This document shows, piece by piece, positions 51,055 through 63,785 of a DNA stretch of 64,000 nucleotides (positions are counted from its first letter, which is position 1; each line of letters starts with the position of its first letter). The notes under the pieces are model-generated. The model did no database searches. It saw only the letters and a list, made by a program, of their open reading frames with translations, and was not told where the DNA came from. The stretch lies in contig NC_086097.1 in NCBI RefSeq assembly GCF_963921235.1, forward strand, positions 19,222,001 to 19,286,000. The letters are read 5' to 3'. The translations under genes and the position numbers were made by a program. Source of the DNA: Mobula hypostoma (taxonomy: Eukaryota).

Positions 51055-52050
51055 AGTCAGAATCAGGTTTATTATCAGTGGCATGTGTTGTGAAATTTGT
51101 TAACTTAGCAGCACCAGTTCAATACAACACATAATATAGAAGAAAAAATAATAATAAGTAAATCAATTACAGAATCTGTATAATGAATAGATTAAAAATC
51201 GTGCAAAAACAGAAATAATGTATATTAAAAAGGTGAGGTACTGTTCACAGATTCAATGTCCATTTAGCATTTGGATGGCAGAGGGGAAGAAGCTGTTCCT
51301 GAATCGCTGGGTGAGTACCTTCAGGCTTCTGTACCTCCTACCTGATGGTAACAGTGAGAAAAGGGCATGCCCTGGGTGCTGGAGGTTCTTAATAATGGAT
51401 ACCTTTCTGAGACATCTCTCCTTGAAGATGTCCTGGGTACTTTGTAGGCTAGTACCCAAGATGGGGTCGACTAAACTTACAACCTTCTGCAGTTTCTTTC
51501 AGTCCTGTGCAGTAGTCCCCGTGCCCCCCCCATATCAGTGATGCAGCCTGTCAGAATGCTCTCCACAGAACATCTATAGAAGGTTTTGAGTGTATTTGTT
51601 GAAAACATACCAAATCTCTTCAAACTCCCAGTTATAACTGCATCAGTATGTTGGGAACAGGTTAGGGCCTCAGAGATCTTGACACCCAGGAACTTGAAAC
51701 TGCTCACTCTCTCCACTTGTAACCCCTCTATGAGGATTGGTATGTTGTCCTTCGTCTTACCCTTCCTGAAGTCCACAATCAGCTCTTTCGTCTTACTGAT
51801 GTTGAGTAGCAGGTTGTTGCTGCTACACCACTCCACTAGCTCCTGTACGCCCTCTCGTCTCCATCTGAGATTCTTCTGACAATGGTTGTATCGTCTGCAA
51901 ATTTACAGATGGTATTTGATCTGTGTCTAGCCACACAGTCATAGGTATAGAGAGAGTAGAGCAGTGGGCTAAGCACTCTGGCTAAGGTGCACCAGAGTTG
52001 ATCGTCAGCGAGGAGGAGGTATTGTCACCAATCCTCACAGATTGTGGTCT
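51055..52050 (-). mobile_element. Rex1/Babar RT 3' half
   Basis: EWCSSNNLLLNISKTKELIVDFRK, SFKFLGV, HPGHALFSLLPSGRRYRSL. Confidence 0.92.
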
Positions 52051-52687
52051 TCTGGTCTATTAACATCCATTAAACAGACAAAATCTTAGTGTTTCTGACT
52101 GTTGATCTCACTGTGGCTGTTCTCACGATCTCCAGTTTCTCCAAAGGGCCTCAAGAAACTCCAATAACCAAGGGAACATCCTGTAATATTTAATGATTCA
52201 TGTATTATTATTAACTGGTCTCACCTTATCAGACATATTCCTTATGTTCTACCCATCCCTCCCTCACTTCCTCTGCTACTGAAAACCAACTGGTTTTCTC
52301 TTCTCCCCATTTCTGCCAAAAGGTCCTGAACCTGAATCATTGCTGTTGCACTTTCCACAGATGCTGCCTGACCTGCTGAGTGTCTCCAGCATTTTCTGTT
52401 TTGTATTCATTGCAGTCCAGCTTTTCAGAGATGCCATCCTTTCTTCCAGAAGTTAGTGATACCGCAGCAACATATCAGAGGTAGGTAAAACCAGGACTCA
52501 ATCCTAGGACCAGGGGAAGAGATTTAGATGAGTTATGAGGCAAACTATTTTTCACCCAGGAAAGAGTAAGTCCCTCACCTGGATTGTCAATGTTTCAGGT
52601 CAAGACTCTTCATCCAAAATGGCAACCGTCCATTTCTTTCCATAGATGCTGAGTTCCTGAGCTCCCCCTGAGTTCACTTACGAAGTT

Positions 52688-53025
52688 ACATAGAACATAG
52701 AAATTTACCACACATTACAGGCCCTTCGGCCCACAATGTTGTGCCAACCATGTAATCTACTCTAGAAACTGCCTAGAATTTCCCTAGCACATAGCCCTCT
52801 ATTTTTGTAAGCTCCATGTACCAATCTAAGAGGCTCTTAAAAGACCCTATTGTATCGGCTTCCACCACCGTCGCCGGCAGTGCATTCCACACACCCACCA
52901 CTCTCTGTGTGAAAAACTTACCCCTAACATCCCCTTGGTACCTATTTCCAAGCACCTTAAAACTATACCCCTCGTGTTAGCCATTTCAGCCATGGGGACA
53001 AAGCCTCTGGCTATCCACACGAACA
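52688..53025 (-). mobile_element. CR1 3' fragment
   Basis: RGKFFTQRVVGVWNALPATVVEA; ttctatg tail. Confidence 0.9.
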
Positions 53026-53299
53026 ATGCCCCAATGTTCCTCCAGCTTTTTCTGTTGCTTCAAATTCCAGCATCTGTGGCCTCTTCTGTCTCCCTGGAAT
53101 AGACTGCCTAAGTGAGTGATTGAAACTGGGTTGCTGTCAGCTCTTGAAAAAACTATACACCAACTGCGGAACAAATAGGTTAATACGGAAAGGTGTCCAC
53201 TGCTCAGGATGAATGAGTTTGGCCAAATGTCCTCCTTCCATGCTGTGTAATTCTATCATTCAAAGAAGAGCACAACGTTTCTTCATCACTCTGCTACTT

Positions 53300-54995
53300 A
53301 TGATCATCACTTTGCCTTCCCAATTATCATGGGGGACTTCATCCAGACCAGCTTGAGGAGGTCTCTGAGAAACACCATCATGTCATCTGCAGGAAATCAG
53401 GAGCCAATACAGTTGATCACTGTTACACCTCCATCAAGAATGCTCACCGTGCCATCCCACGCGCACACCTTGGCAGGCCCAATCACCTGGCAGTACCTCT
53501 ACTGCTGGCAAACCAGCAGAGACTGAGGACCGCTGCACCAGTAGGGAATCATGTGAAGGTATGTTCAAGAGAGGTGGAGAAGCTCTTACAGAATAGGATA
53601 AGTGGACTGGACAATATCCAGGGATTCACCTTTGGTCTCAGCGAACATGCTATGTTCGTCACTGACTTCATCAAGGCCTGAAGGTCTTTCGAGAACACAT
53701 CGGAACATATCAAAATCTTCTCAAAGCAGAAGCCCTGGATGAAGCAAGACATTTGCAGTCTGCTCAGGGCTCGATCCAGGGCATTCAAGACCGGTGATCC
53801 AGGACACTAAAAGAAGTCCAGGTACAACTACAGAGGGCCATTTTGAGTGTGTGAAGTTAGAGACACAATCAGATGCACGACAGCTGCGGCAGGTGTCGCT
53901 GGCCATTACTTCCTAGAAGGCAAAACCTAACACCAAAAATGGCTGTGATGCTTCTCTCCCTGATGAGCTCAGCACCTATTATGCTTGCTTTGCAGGGGAG
54001 AATAACGCAACCCCTATGTGAATTTTCACAGCATCTGGTGACGTTGTGCTTTCCATCTCAGAGTCCAATGTCGGAACATCTTTCAAGAGAGTGAATCTTA
54101 GCAAGGCATCGGGCCCTAATCCTGTACCTGGCAGGGCGCTGAAAACCAGTGCTGACCAGCTGGCTGGGGCACTCAAAGGCATCTTCAGCCTCTCATTGTT
54201 GCAGCTGAAGTTTCCCACCTGCTTCAAATGGGCGCCAAACATACCAGTGCTCAAGAAAAGCAGGACGAGCTCTCAGTGACCAACGGCCGGTAACACTCAC
54301 ATCCGCTGTGATGAAGTGCTTTGAGAGATTGGTTGGGAAGTTGGGAGGACACTTATCAGTTCTCACTGAGAAGTCAGCGGAAAGGGTGGATGGTTTCAAG
54401 TTCCTGGCTGTTAACATCTCAACGGATCTATCTTGATCCCACCTCATTCATTGATTGAATCATGAAGAAGGCACGCCTGCAGCTCTATTTCATTAGAAGT
54501 TTGAGGAGATTTGGTATATCACCAAAGACGCTGGCAAATTTCTACAGATGTACCATGGAGAACGTTCTGACTGTCTGAATCACAGTTAGGTCTGGAGGTT
54601 CCAATAAACAGGATTGCAAATGCTACAGAGTGTTGGAGACTCAGCCAGCTCCATCAGGGGCACAACCCTCCCCACCATCGAGGACATCAAGAAGTGGTGC
54701 CACAAGAAAATGGTGTTGGTCATCAAAGATCCTCACCATCCAGAACGTGCACTCTTCTTGTAACTAGCATCAGGGAGGATGTTCAGGAAGCTGAACACAC
54801 ACGCTCAATGATTCAATTACAGCTTCGTCCCCTTCACCATCAGATTTCTAAATGGTCCATGAACCCATAGATTTACACTATTTATTGAGTTTTTCAATCT
54901 GCAGTAATTTCTTTGTTTTGCAGTGTACTGCTGCCACAAAATAACACATTTCACAATAACTATCAATGATAATAAACCCGATTTGGATTCTGACT
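53300..54995 (+). mobile_element. Decayed Rex1/Babar LINE with internal deletion
   Basis: KASGPNPVPGRALKTSADQLAG..PTCFK; C-terminus and AATAAA tail. Confidence 0.85.
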
Positions 54996-55458
54996 CTAGC
55001 CACATGGAGGGGCTTTCTGCTCATTCAATTCAATACTTTGTACCAAAATGTCCACAATGACTAAACTTCAAAGTGGTTTGTTGTATACAAAACACATTAC
55101 AGCATATCACAGATTCTCATCTGTATGGCTATTGCTTTCCATAGTTACGAGTTTTCTCTCCCTATTCATTTCAATGGTCCACTTAACCTTTGCTTTCTTT
55201 ATATTTTTATTTGTCTGCTTCTCAGCGAGAGATATTTTTATAGAAAGGGACAAGTGCTCCAAATCCTAGCAACATAAAGAAAATGACAGTGTGGTATTTG
55301 TGTTTTGCTTGCATACATGGGCACCACAGCAAATAAATAACTTAATCCATCCTAAAGGCTGAAATAATATCACAGCACCAATGTTCTTTCTATGACGTTC
55401 TCAATCACGTTCAGAGCTTCGGAGAGCTGCGTCTGGTGACTGAATGGATTACCTGGGG

Positions 55459-55510
55459 CAGGAAGTTGCGGGATAGGGCTATTTATAGATGTTTCCACCA
55501 GTAAAATTGG
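55459..55510 (-). promoter_or_regulatory. Candidate promoter/enhancer motif cluster
   Basis: In non-repetitive DNA, minus strand: CCAAT (55506-55510), CTATAAATAG TATA/MEF2-type site (55479-55488), ETS ACTTCCTG (55459-55466). Motif evidence only. Confidence 0.3.
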
Positions 55511-55914
55511 TATTACTGTCTACTAAGTTCCAATGGTGGGAAATGATTGATGTCTGTCTGTAATAGACAAAATCTCATGAATTTATGCACCATAATGTCA
55601 CTAGAGTCTTGAAGCATAGGTTGAGTGAATAGTCAGAGTCTTTTTCCCAGGTTAATACTTAAGTATGTGGAATGCCCTGCCGTGAGTGGTGTAGAGGCAG
55701 ATATATCAGGGGAATTTAGGAAACTGAGATGGAGGAATGGATGATAGAAAAATGGAGACCTATATAGGAGGGAGGGTTAGATGGATCTTAGAGTAAGTAA
55801 AAAGTTCAGTACAGTGTAGTGGGCCAAATGCACTGCACTGTGCTGTAATGTTCTATGTTCTATATAGAGACATGAATAAATACCAAACGTAAGTCTATCA
55901 GTCCATCAGTTACC

Positions 55915-56160
55915 ATTTACACTCTTCCTACATTAATCTCATCTTTCATTCTCCCCACATTCTCGTGAACTCTATCCCTCATCTACACATGAGGGGACAA
56001 TTTCACAGTGACCAATTAGCCTACCAAACCACACATCCTTGGAACACAGGTGGAAACTGGAGCACCCAGGGGAAACTCAAATTGGTCATTTCACACAGTC
56101 AGCAGGATTGAACCCAGATCTCTGCAGCTACAAGGTAGTGACTCTACTAACAACGCTAAT
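55915..56160 (-). mobile_element. V-SINE, decayed
   Basis: ggaaactggagcacccaggggaaac V domain and aggattgaaccca B box, read in reverse. Confidence 0.7.
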
Positions 56161-56174
56161 GGAGAAATCACTTT

Positions 56175-56712
56175 TGCTGTGAAGTTAGGCTCAAAGGATT
56201 CCATTCCACTTTTGTGATTGTGAACCAAGTCAGCAGAGAGACACAGATGGTGGATATAAAAGTCTTTATTTGGGACACGCACAAGCTGACAGCTTTGGAG
56301 TTACTCAAGAGAGGCTCCCCAATCCAACATTACAGCACATTTTTATATGTTAATGAACAAACGTAACAGGACAATTTCTATAGTTATAATGCCCGCAAGA
56401 TGCTTCTTTTGAGTTACATGTTATTTTTCAAATACCTAGGACTTCTCACCAACATACCCAAAATGAATGTTAATTACCGTGTCTCTGAGTCGTATTCCTG
56501 TAGTAGGGTGTTGGTTGCATTCATTCATATGCAAACATATCAGTCCATTGGATGTTTCCTGGTCTGCAATTTTCTCTAAAATGCAGCTTTAGGAAGACCA
56601 TTGTTCTAAGCTGCATTTTAATTCAATCTACAATCCATATTCAGATCTGAAAACTGGTTGCTATTGAAATTAATATTGACTATATTGCATATTTGCAGAA
56701 TACACCCTAACA
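56175..56712 (-). mobile_element. Possible solo LTR
   Basis: Minus strand TGTTAGGG...CACAGCA with TATA-like and AATAAA signals in LTR order; no TSD seen. Confidence 0.35.
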
Positions 56713-56829
56713 TCTACAAAGAATAATTTATTTCTACATCACTTTGGTTCTGATCAACAATTTTTTAAAAATTTATTTTACATGAACATCGCTCATCCAT
56801 TGCTGAATACCCATGAACAGATTGTCTAC

Positions 56830-57520
56830 CGCTAAAAAAAAAGCATATCCTTACCTGGAAAGACTTTGGAAACCGTCACTTAGAAGATTCTGTAAAGATG
56901 TGGAAGAAGGATTTGTGGAAGAATGAGACTAAAATGGAAGTTTTTGGCCCAACACTAAGCAGTAAATGTGATGTAAATCTAATACTGCGCATCAGCTAGG
57001 TAACACCATCCCTACTTTAAATTATGGTGGAGGTAGCGTCATACTATGGAATGTTTTACAGCAGCAGGGACTGGAAATCTGGACAGGATTGATGGGAAGA
57101 TGAATGGAGTTAAGTACAGAGAGATCCTGGATAAAAATAAAACCTGCTAGCCTCTTCCAGAAAGCTTAAACTGATGAAGAAGTTTGTCTTTCAGCAGGAC
57201 AATTACCCATAGCATACTGCCAGAGCAACCACAGACTGGCTTCAAGTGAAGAGAATTGATGCATTTGAGTGGCCCATTCAGAGTCCTGATCTTAACCCAA
57301 TCGAACATCTCTGGCAAGACCTGAAGATTGCTGTGCACTGCAGCTCCCCAACTAACCTGACACAGCTTGAGCAATTTTGCAATGAGGAATGGGCAAATCT
57401 TACTCCATCACGTTGTGCAAAGCTAATAGAGATTTATTCAAGAAGATTGCTGACTGTAATAGTGTGGGAGGTGGTTCAACCAAGTATTGAGCAAAGGGGG
57501 ATGAATACTGTGGAACTGCT
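56830..57520 (+). mobile_element. Tc1-family transposase remnant
   Basis: MWKK..ETKME, YGGGSV, FQQDN, WPIQSPDLNPIEHLW motifs with stops and frameshifts. Confidence 0.92.
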
Positions 57521-57629
57521 GACATTTTAGTTTTTCATGCTTTACATTTTTCTCTTTTTTGGGGGCTCTACAGTGAAAAAAGGAACATGTGAAAAAGGAT
57601 CTGGTGCTTTCCCAGCCATATGACAAAAA

Positions 57630-57910
57630 GCCATATAACCATATAACAATTACAGCACAGAAACAAGCTATCTCGGCCCTTCTAGTTCATGCTGAACTCT
57701 TACTCTCACCTAGTCCCACTGACCTGCACTCAGCCCATAACCCTCCATTCCTTTCCTGTCCATATAGCTGTCCAATTTAACTTTAAACGACAACATTGAA
57801 CCTGCCTCAACCACTTCTGCTGGAAGCTCGTTCCACACAGCTACCACTCTCTGAGTAAAGAAGTTACCCCTCATGTTACCCCTAAACTTTTGCCCTTTAA
57901 CTCTCAACTC
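57630..57910 (-). mobile_element. CR1 3' fragment
   Basis: RGNFFTQRVVAVWNELPAEVVEA; TATGGTTA-type tail as at 9155-9290. Confidence 0.9.
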
Positions 57911-57914
57911 AAAT

Positions 57915-59470
57915 AAACTCTTCTCGAGCTTCCAGTCAGGTACAGATATTGATTTTGACCAACATTTCAATGACAAACTCTGCCATCTTCTTCAGGGATG
58001 ATACCTGGGCATGCTTGGTCCAGTGATATTTATACCCACATAATCTGTCCCTCCTGATTGGTTAGTCCTCAGCCAACCAGTTTTCCACTCTCCCATCTTG
58101 TTTACAGTCAAATTCCAGTTTTTACGTAGAGGGAGACCTTTTCCTTTGTTAAAATTCTTTTCCTTGAATTTTATTTCAATAGCTTCCTTTACCAGGTGGT
58201 CCCAAAAAGCCATTGGCACGGCACAATAGTTTTGTGCCGTCAAAGTCAATCCTGTGGTCATTGTAAATGCAGTGTTCTACTACCACCGATTTCTCCAGGT
58301 AACCCAAACGGATGCACCTCCTGTGCTCCTTGATGCGGGTTTCCACCAGGTGCCCCATCTGGCCGATATACGCTGCTCCGCATTCACAGGGAATCCCGTA
58401 AGCGCAAGTCAACCTGAGTCCCAAGACATCTTTGACCCACCTAGGTTGTGATTTGAGCTTCTTTACTGGTTCGTGAATGGTATTATCTAGTATTTCCTCA
58501 GGATCCTGGCAATCCTTCCAGAATATGTGACAACATAAAGAAGGCAGCCGGTAGCAACGAGTTCCTCCTCATTGTTAGGTTTCCTGGTTTTTCTGTCAGC
58601 CCTTTTAAGGACCTGATTGATTTCCTTCACCTTGTAGCCATTCTGTAGGAATATCATGCGTGATTGTCTTATCTCCCAGTGGAGACTCCCTGGGTCCAAA
58701 ATAGTTTTTGCACAGTTAATCAAAGTAGGGAGAACCACTCTACGTTGGAAGGCATGATGGTGGTTGTTATTGTTGAGGTATAAGTCTGTGTGAGTAGGTT
58801 TCTGATAGACGCCATGTTGGAGGCTACCATCTGGCTTGTGTCATATTAGAATGTCCAGGAATGGGAAGCAACCATTCTTCTCCATCTCCATCGAATATTG
58901 AATGTTTGGATGAATGCTGTTCAGAACTGTTGGAGTGTCTGGAGTCTATGAGGCCACACTGCAAAGGTGTCATCGACGTATCTGAAGAAGCCTTTGGGAT
59001 GTAAGGGCGATGAACTCAGTCCCCTCTCCTCAAAGTCCTCCATGTAGAAATTAGCAAAAGCCAGTGACAAGGGCGATCCCACGGTCACTCCGTCCATTTG
59101 TTCATAGTCGCTCCCCTTATAGAGGCAGCACATCGATGTAAGGGTGTGTTCAAAGAAGGACAGTGGTATCCTTGCCAAACCTTCACTACGGGAGGACCAG
59201 GCTGTCCTTAATGGGAACTCTCATGACCAGAGGCACCACGGCAAAACTGATCATTATGTCCTCCAGGTTTATCATTTTAACAAAGTCAGTCGAATTTGTG
59301 AGGTGATGCTCACAGCCCCCAACAAGGGGAGACAACATGACCATTTAATGCTTAGTGAGGTAGTAAGTTGGAGAATCTATCCCACTGATGATAGGCCTCA
59401 GGGAGGAACCCTCTTTGCTTACTTTCGCGAGCCCATAACACCTTGGTGGTACCCATACCTGAGGCAGAAG
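57915..59470 (-). mobile_element. Second Penelope-like family: RT, GIY-YIG and decayed hammerhead
   Basis: YEQMDGVTVGSPLSLAFANFYMEDFE..FFRYVDDTFAVW; YGIPCECGAAYIGQMG..RIKEH; CTGAAGA..GAAA motif at 57957-57998. Confidence 0.92.
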
Positions 59471-59645
59471 TCTCTTGCATTTGTCTGCTGGTAGTCTGGA
59501 TTTCTTCAATAGCATGTGAATCACAAATAAAAGTTCTCAGTTAACTTGACTGAGATCCCTGGTTGTAATACTCATTATTGTGAACAAGGGGCTGGAGGCT
59601 GAATAATTGTTCAAGGCAGAGTATATAGAAAAAAATAGATAAATA

Positions 59646-60566
59646 GACTCAGTGGCCTCTTTATTAGATCCTGGAATGGAACCCAGTGTGGTCTTCTGTT
59701 GCTGTAGTCCTTCCAGTCCAAGGTTCCACACGTTATGCATTCGGAGACGCTCTTCTGCACACTAATGTAGCATGAGGCTTGTACTCGTTGGAATTTAGAA
59801 GATTGAGGGAGGAATCTGATTGAAACATATAAAATCCTAAAGGGATTGGACAGGCTAGAAGCAGGAAGATTCTTCCCGATGTTGGGGAAGTCCAGAACGA
59901 GGGGTCACAGTTTGAGGATAAAGGGGAAGCCTTTTAGGACCGAGATTAGGAAAAACTTCTTCACACAGAGAGTGGTGAATCTGTGGAATTCTCTGCCACA
60001 GGAAACAGTTGAGGCCAGTTCATTGGCTATATTTAAGAGGAAGTCAGATATGGCCCTTGTGGCTAAAGGGATCAGGCGGTATGGAGGGAAGGCTGGTACA
60101 GGGTTCTGAGTTGGATGATCAGCCATGATCATACTGAATGGCGGTGCAGGCTCAAAGGGCCGAATGGCCTACTCCTGCTCTTATTTTCTATGTTTCTATG
60201 AGTTACTGTCAGCTTCCTTTCAGTTTGAACCAGTCTGACCATTCTCCTCTGACCTCTCTCATTAACAAGACATTGTTGTCCTCAGAACTGCTGCTTGTTT
60301 TGTGTTTTTCACACCATTCACTGTAAAGTCTAGAGACTGTGGTGCATGAAAATCCCAGGAGATCAGCAGTTTCTAAGATGGTCAAACCACCCCATCTGGC
60401 TGGAACAATCGTTCCACAGACAAAGTCACTTAGATCACATTTCTTCCCCATTCAGATGTTTGTTCTGAACAACTGAACATCTTGAGTATGTTTGCACCCT
60501 TTATGTATCAAGTTGCTGCCACATGATTGGCTGATTAGATATTTGTATTAACCAGCAGGTGTACAG
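59646..60566 (-). mobile_element. Non-autonomous Tc1 derivative interrupted by a CR1 3' fragment
   Basis: ORF 60209..60451 MGKKCDLSDF..GTIVPARWGG..ETADLLGFSCTTVSRLY (Tc1 N-terminal HTH); TA followed by ACTCAGTGGCC.CTTTATTAG terminus. Confidence 0.8.
59765..60200 (+). mobile_element. CR1 3' fragment, little diverged
   Basis: RTRGHSLRIKGKPFRTEIRKNFFTQRVVNLWNSLP; ttctatg tail. Confidence 0.93.
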
Positions 60567-60569
60567 TAA

Positions 60570-60985
60570 TGCAAAATGAAAACAAAACTAGTAAGGTAGT
60601 GTTCTTGGGTTGAGTGTCCATTCAGAAACCTGAGGGTGGAGGGGAAAAAAGTAAGTAAAGTTCCTAAAACATTGAGGGTGTGTCTTCAGGCTGCTGTTCC
60701 TCCACTCTGATGATAGTAATGAGAGGAAGGCGTGTCCAGCGTGGTGGGGGTCCTTAATGATGGATGCTGCTTTTTGGGGTATCACCCTTTTAAAATGACC
60801 TCGGTGGTAGGGAGGCTAATGCCTATGATAGAGCTGCTTGAATTTATAAGCCTCTACAGCATTTTCCAGTCCTGCGCAGCAACCTCTCTGTTTCAGACGG
60901 CGATGCAACCAGTCAGAATACTCTCCACTGTACATCTGTAGAAATTTGCTAAAGTTTTTGGTGACATACCAAACCTCCACAGCTT
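60570..60985 (-). mobile_element. Rex1/Babar C-terminal fragment
   Basis: KAASIIKDPHHAGHAFLSLL. Confidence 0.8.
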
Positions 60986-61034
60986 TTTCTACATTTTCTG
61001 ACAATATTGGAGGCCACATTAGCCCATCAAATCT

Positions 61035-61960
61035 AAAGGTTCAAAGGCTCATTTTGTTGTCAAAATATGCATGTACAACACAACTCTGATATTTGTCTTC
61101 TCCAGATAGCCACGGAATACAGCAGAACTACGGGAATCATTGAAGGAAAAGAAAAGACATAAAACCTCCTACCCCGCATGAAAAGGAAAAAGAAACAAAA
61201 CTCACAAACTGCAAACTCTCCCATCCCCCCCCCACAAAAAAAAACTGATCGACACACGGAAAATGATAGCTAGAACATCAGACTCCAAACCCCTGACCCC
61301 TTCCCTCACACAAAGCTAACAGATCTCCCACCTGGAAAACAGCAGCTAGAATATCAAAAACCCCAAACACCCAACACACCCTCGCAAAAACGAACAGTAA
61401 CAATAGCATCAAACCTCCCACCCCCTTTTTCACACACACAAACTAACAGATCACCCACACAGATAAACCAACAAGAACATCAGACCCCAAATCCCCAACA
61501 CCCCTTCACAATCCTCCCATCAGAATCGAGGGGAGCGGCTGCTCAAACTCCATCCTTCTGTGAAGAGTGACTGCCACACCGCCAATCTGCAGCCTACCGA
61601 ACGCCACCAACCGCCGTCGACCCGTGGCCTACATGGAGACCAGCCGCTGACTTCCTCCACATTCACCTCAATGCTTCAGTCTTCCTCAATGCTTCGAAAT
61701 GGAGTGCGTCATGACCCCACACTCATTCTCTGGTCTTCTGCACGAGGCAGCTTATGCTTGCGGTCATCTCCGGGGTAGCAGAGTGCTAGATCATTCGATC
61801 AAACTCTAAACTTCACATCACAGGCTCCATTAGTTTCTGAAACACAATCAAGATAAAAAGAACAAGTAGAAGGCACAGAAAAAGTGAAATAATTAAAGGG
61901 ATAGGCTATCTGGATGATATTGGCCAAGGAATCGTTCATTGGTGCCATTTTGACTGGAAG
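61035..61960 (-). mobile_element. Non-autonomous ORF-less element with LINE-like 5' end, internal tandem repeats and Rex1-type tail
   Basis: Minus 5' end CTTCCAGTCAAAATGGCACC; 3' tail resembles 20894-20990; decayed repeats at about 61240-61510. Confidence 0.55.
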
Positions 61961-62629
61961 CTCATAAGCCAATCCCATTCTCCCATTATTCCATGTAACC
62001 TATTCTTACTCCAGACAGCAATCCCAATCCCCCATTATTCCACGTAACCTATCCTCACTCACTTGCACACTGTGGACAGCTCATTAGTCAGCACGTCCAT
62101 GCAATGTGGGAGGGAGTTGAAACAGCCAAAGGAAACTAACACAGTCATATGTAAGGTCCAGAAAGAGAGCAGCTGACCTCAGCATTGATCCTGTCACTGG
62201 AACTGTGCACCTCTATAATGTCACCCCTTAGTCTCCAATGTTTCAAGAAATAAAATCCTAATCTGCCCATCTTCTTCCTATAAATCAAGGGCCTCATCCT
62301 GGCAATATTCTAATAATATTCTTCTTTGCACTCTTCAGCTTAATGACAGCTATTCTATAACACAGTCACCAAAACGGAGCTCCGTACTCCAGATGTGGCC
62401 TCATCACTGTCTTGTCCAACAGCAACCTAATGTTCTAGCTCTGATACTGAATGCCCTGTCTGAAGAATACCGGCATGCTAAACATCTTTTTCACCTCCCT
62501 ATCCATCTGTGACTCCACTTTTCCAGAAATGAGGTACTCCTGGGCCCCTCTGCACTACAACACTTCCTGGGGCCATACGTTTAATTCTGATCAACAAAAT
62601 TCACAGTGAAAGTACCATCCTGAGCTTGC

Positions 62630-63785
62630 ATTGAACTTGAGTCTCAATGAGGACAAGACAAAAGAGATAACTGTGGATTTCAGGAAGGTGCAGGCTGACC
62701 ACTTCCTACTGCACATCCGTGAAGAGTGTCAGGAACTGAGAAGAAACAAGTGCACATCACAGCTGATCTCACCTAGTTCCTCAACACCACTTCCTTAGTC
62801 AAGGAAACACTTGAGCTGTTGAGGAGAATGAAGTGAGCAATGTTTCCCATGCCATTCGTAACCACAGTCTACCAGAGTGCCACCGAGAGTGCCCTGACCA
62901 TCCAGTATGGAAATTGCAAAGCATCTGACCACAAGACCCTGCAATGGATTGTGAGGACTGCTGGGAGGATCACCAGTGTCTCTCCCCTTCCCCCCCCCCA
63001 CCCAATCCAGGACATATGTATAACAGAACTGCTGCATTTGCAGAATCCTCGGCATTATTAAGGATCCCGCCCATCCGTCCCACAATCACTTTGACCTACC
63101 GTCAGGCGGAAGGTACCACAGCATAAGAACAAGGACTGTTAGACTGGGTAAAAGCTTCTTCCCCCAGGCTGTGAGACTTCTGAACACCCTGCTACCACCC
63201 AGTATACGTTATTTATGACAGTAATATTGTATAGAACATAGAACATAGAATAATACAGCACAGTACAGGCCCTTTGGCCCACAATGTTGTGCTGACCTTC
63301 AAACCCTGCCTCCTATATAAGCCTCCACCTTAAATTCCTCCATATACCTGTCTAGTAGTCTCTCAAATTTCACTAGTGTATCTGCCTCCACCACTGACAC
63401 AGGCAGTGCATTCCACGCACCAACCACTCTCTGAGTAAAAAACCTTCCTCTAATATCCCCCTTGAACTTCCCACCCCTTACCTTAAAGCCATGTCCTCTT
63501 GTATTGAGCAGCGGTACCCTGGGGAAGAGGCACTGGCTATCCGCTCTATCTATTCCTCTTATTATCTTGTAAATATAGTATATTTAACTATATAATCAGT
63601 ATATTCACTTCATGTCAATGTACTTATTTTATCTGTAAGTATTTTTGTGTTAATATTATTTTATGTGTTGTATGTGATATGTGTGCTGTGTTTTGCACCT
63701 TGCTCCTTGAGGAATATTGTTTTGTTCACTGTGTACATGTATGGTTGAATGACAATAAACTTGAAATTGAACTTGAAACTGTGTT
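62630..63785 (+). mobile_element. Rex1/Babar 3' part with a nested CR1 3' fragment (about 63232-63571, -)
   Basis: YGNCKASDHKTLQWIVRTAGRIT, sequence corresponding to SFFPQAVRLLN, AATAAA tail; atagaacatagaac CR1 tail. Confidence 0.85.

Noticed and set aside
56855..56889. Neat 35-nt minus-strand micro-exon (tttacag|...CAG|gtaagg)
   Set aside because: It lies antisense within Tc1 transposase sequence (RHLEDSVKMWKK) and nothing supports exonisation.
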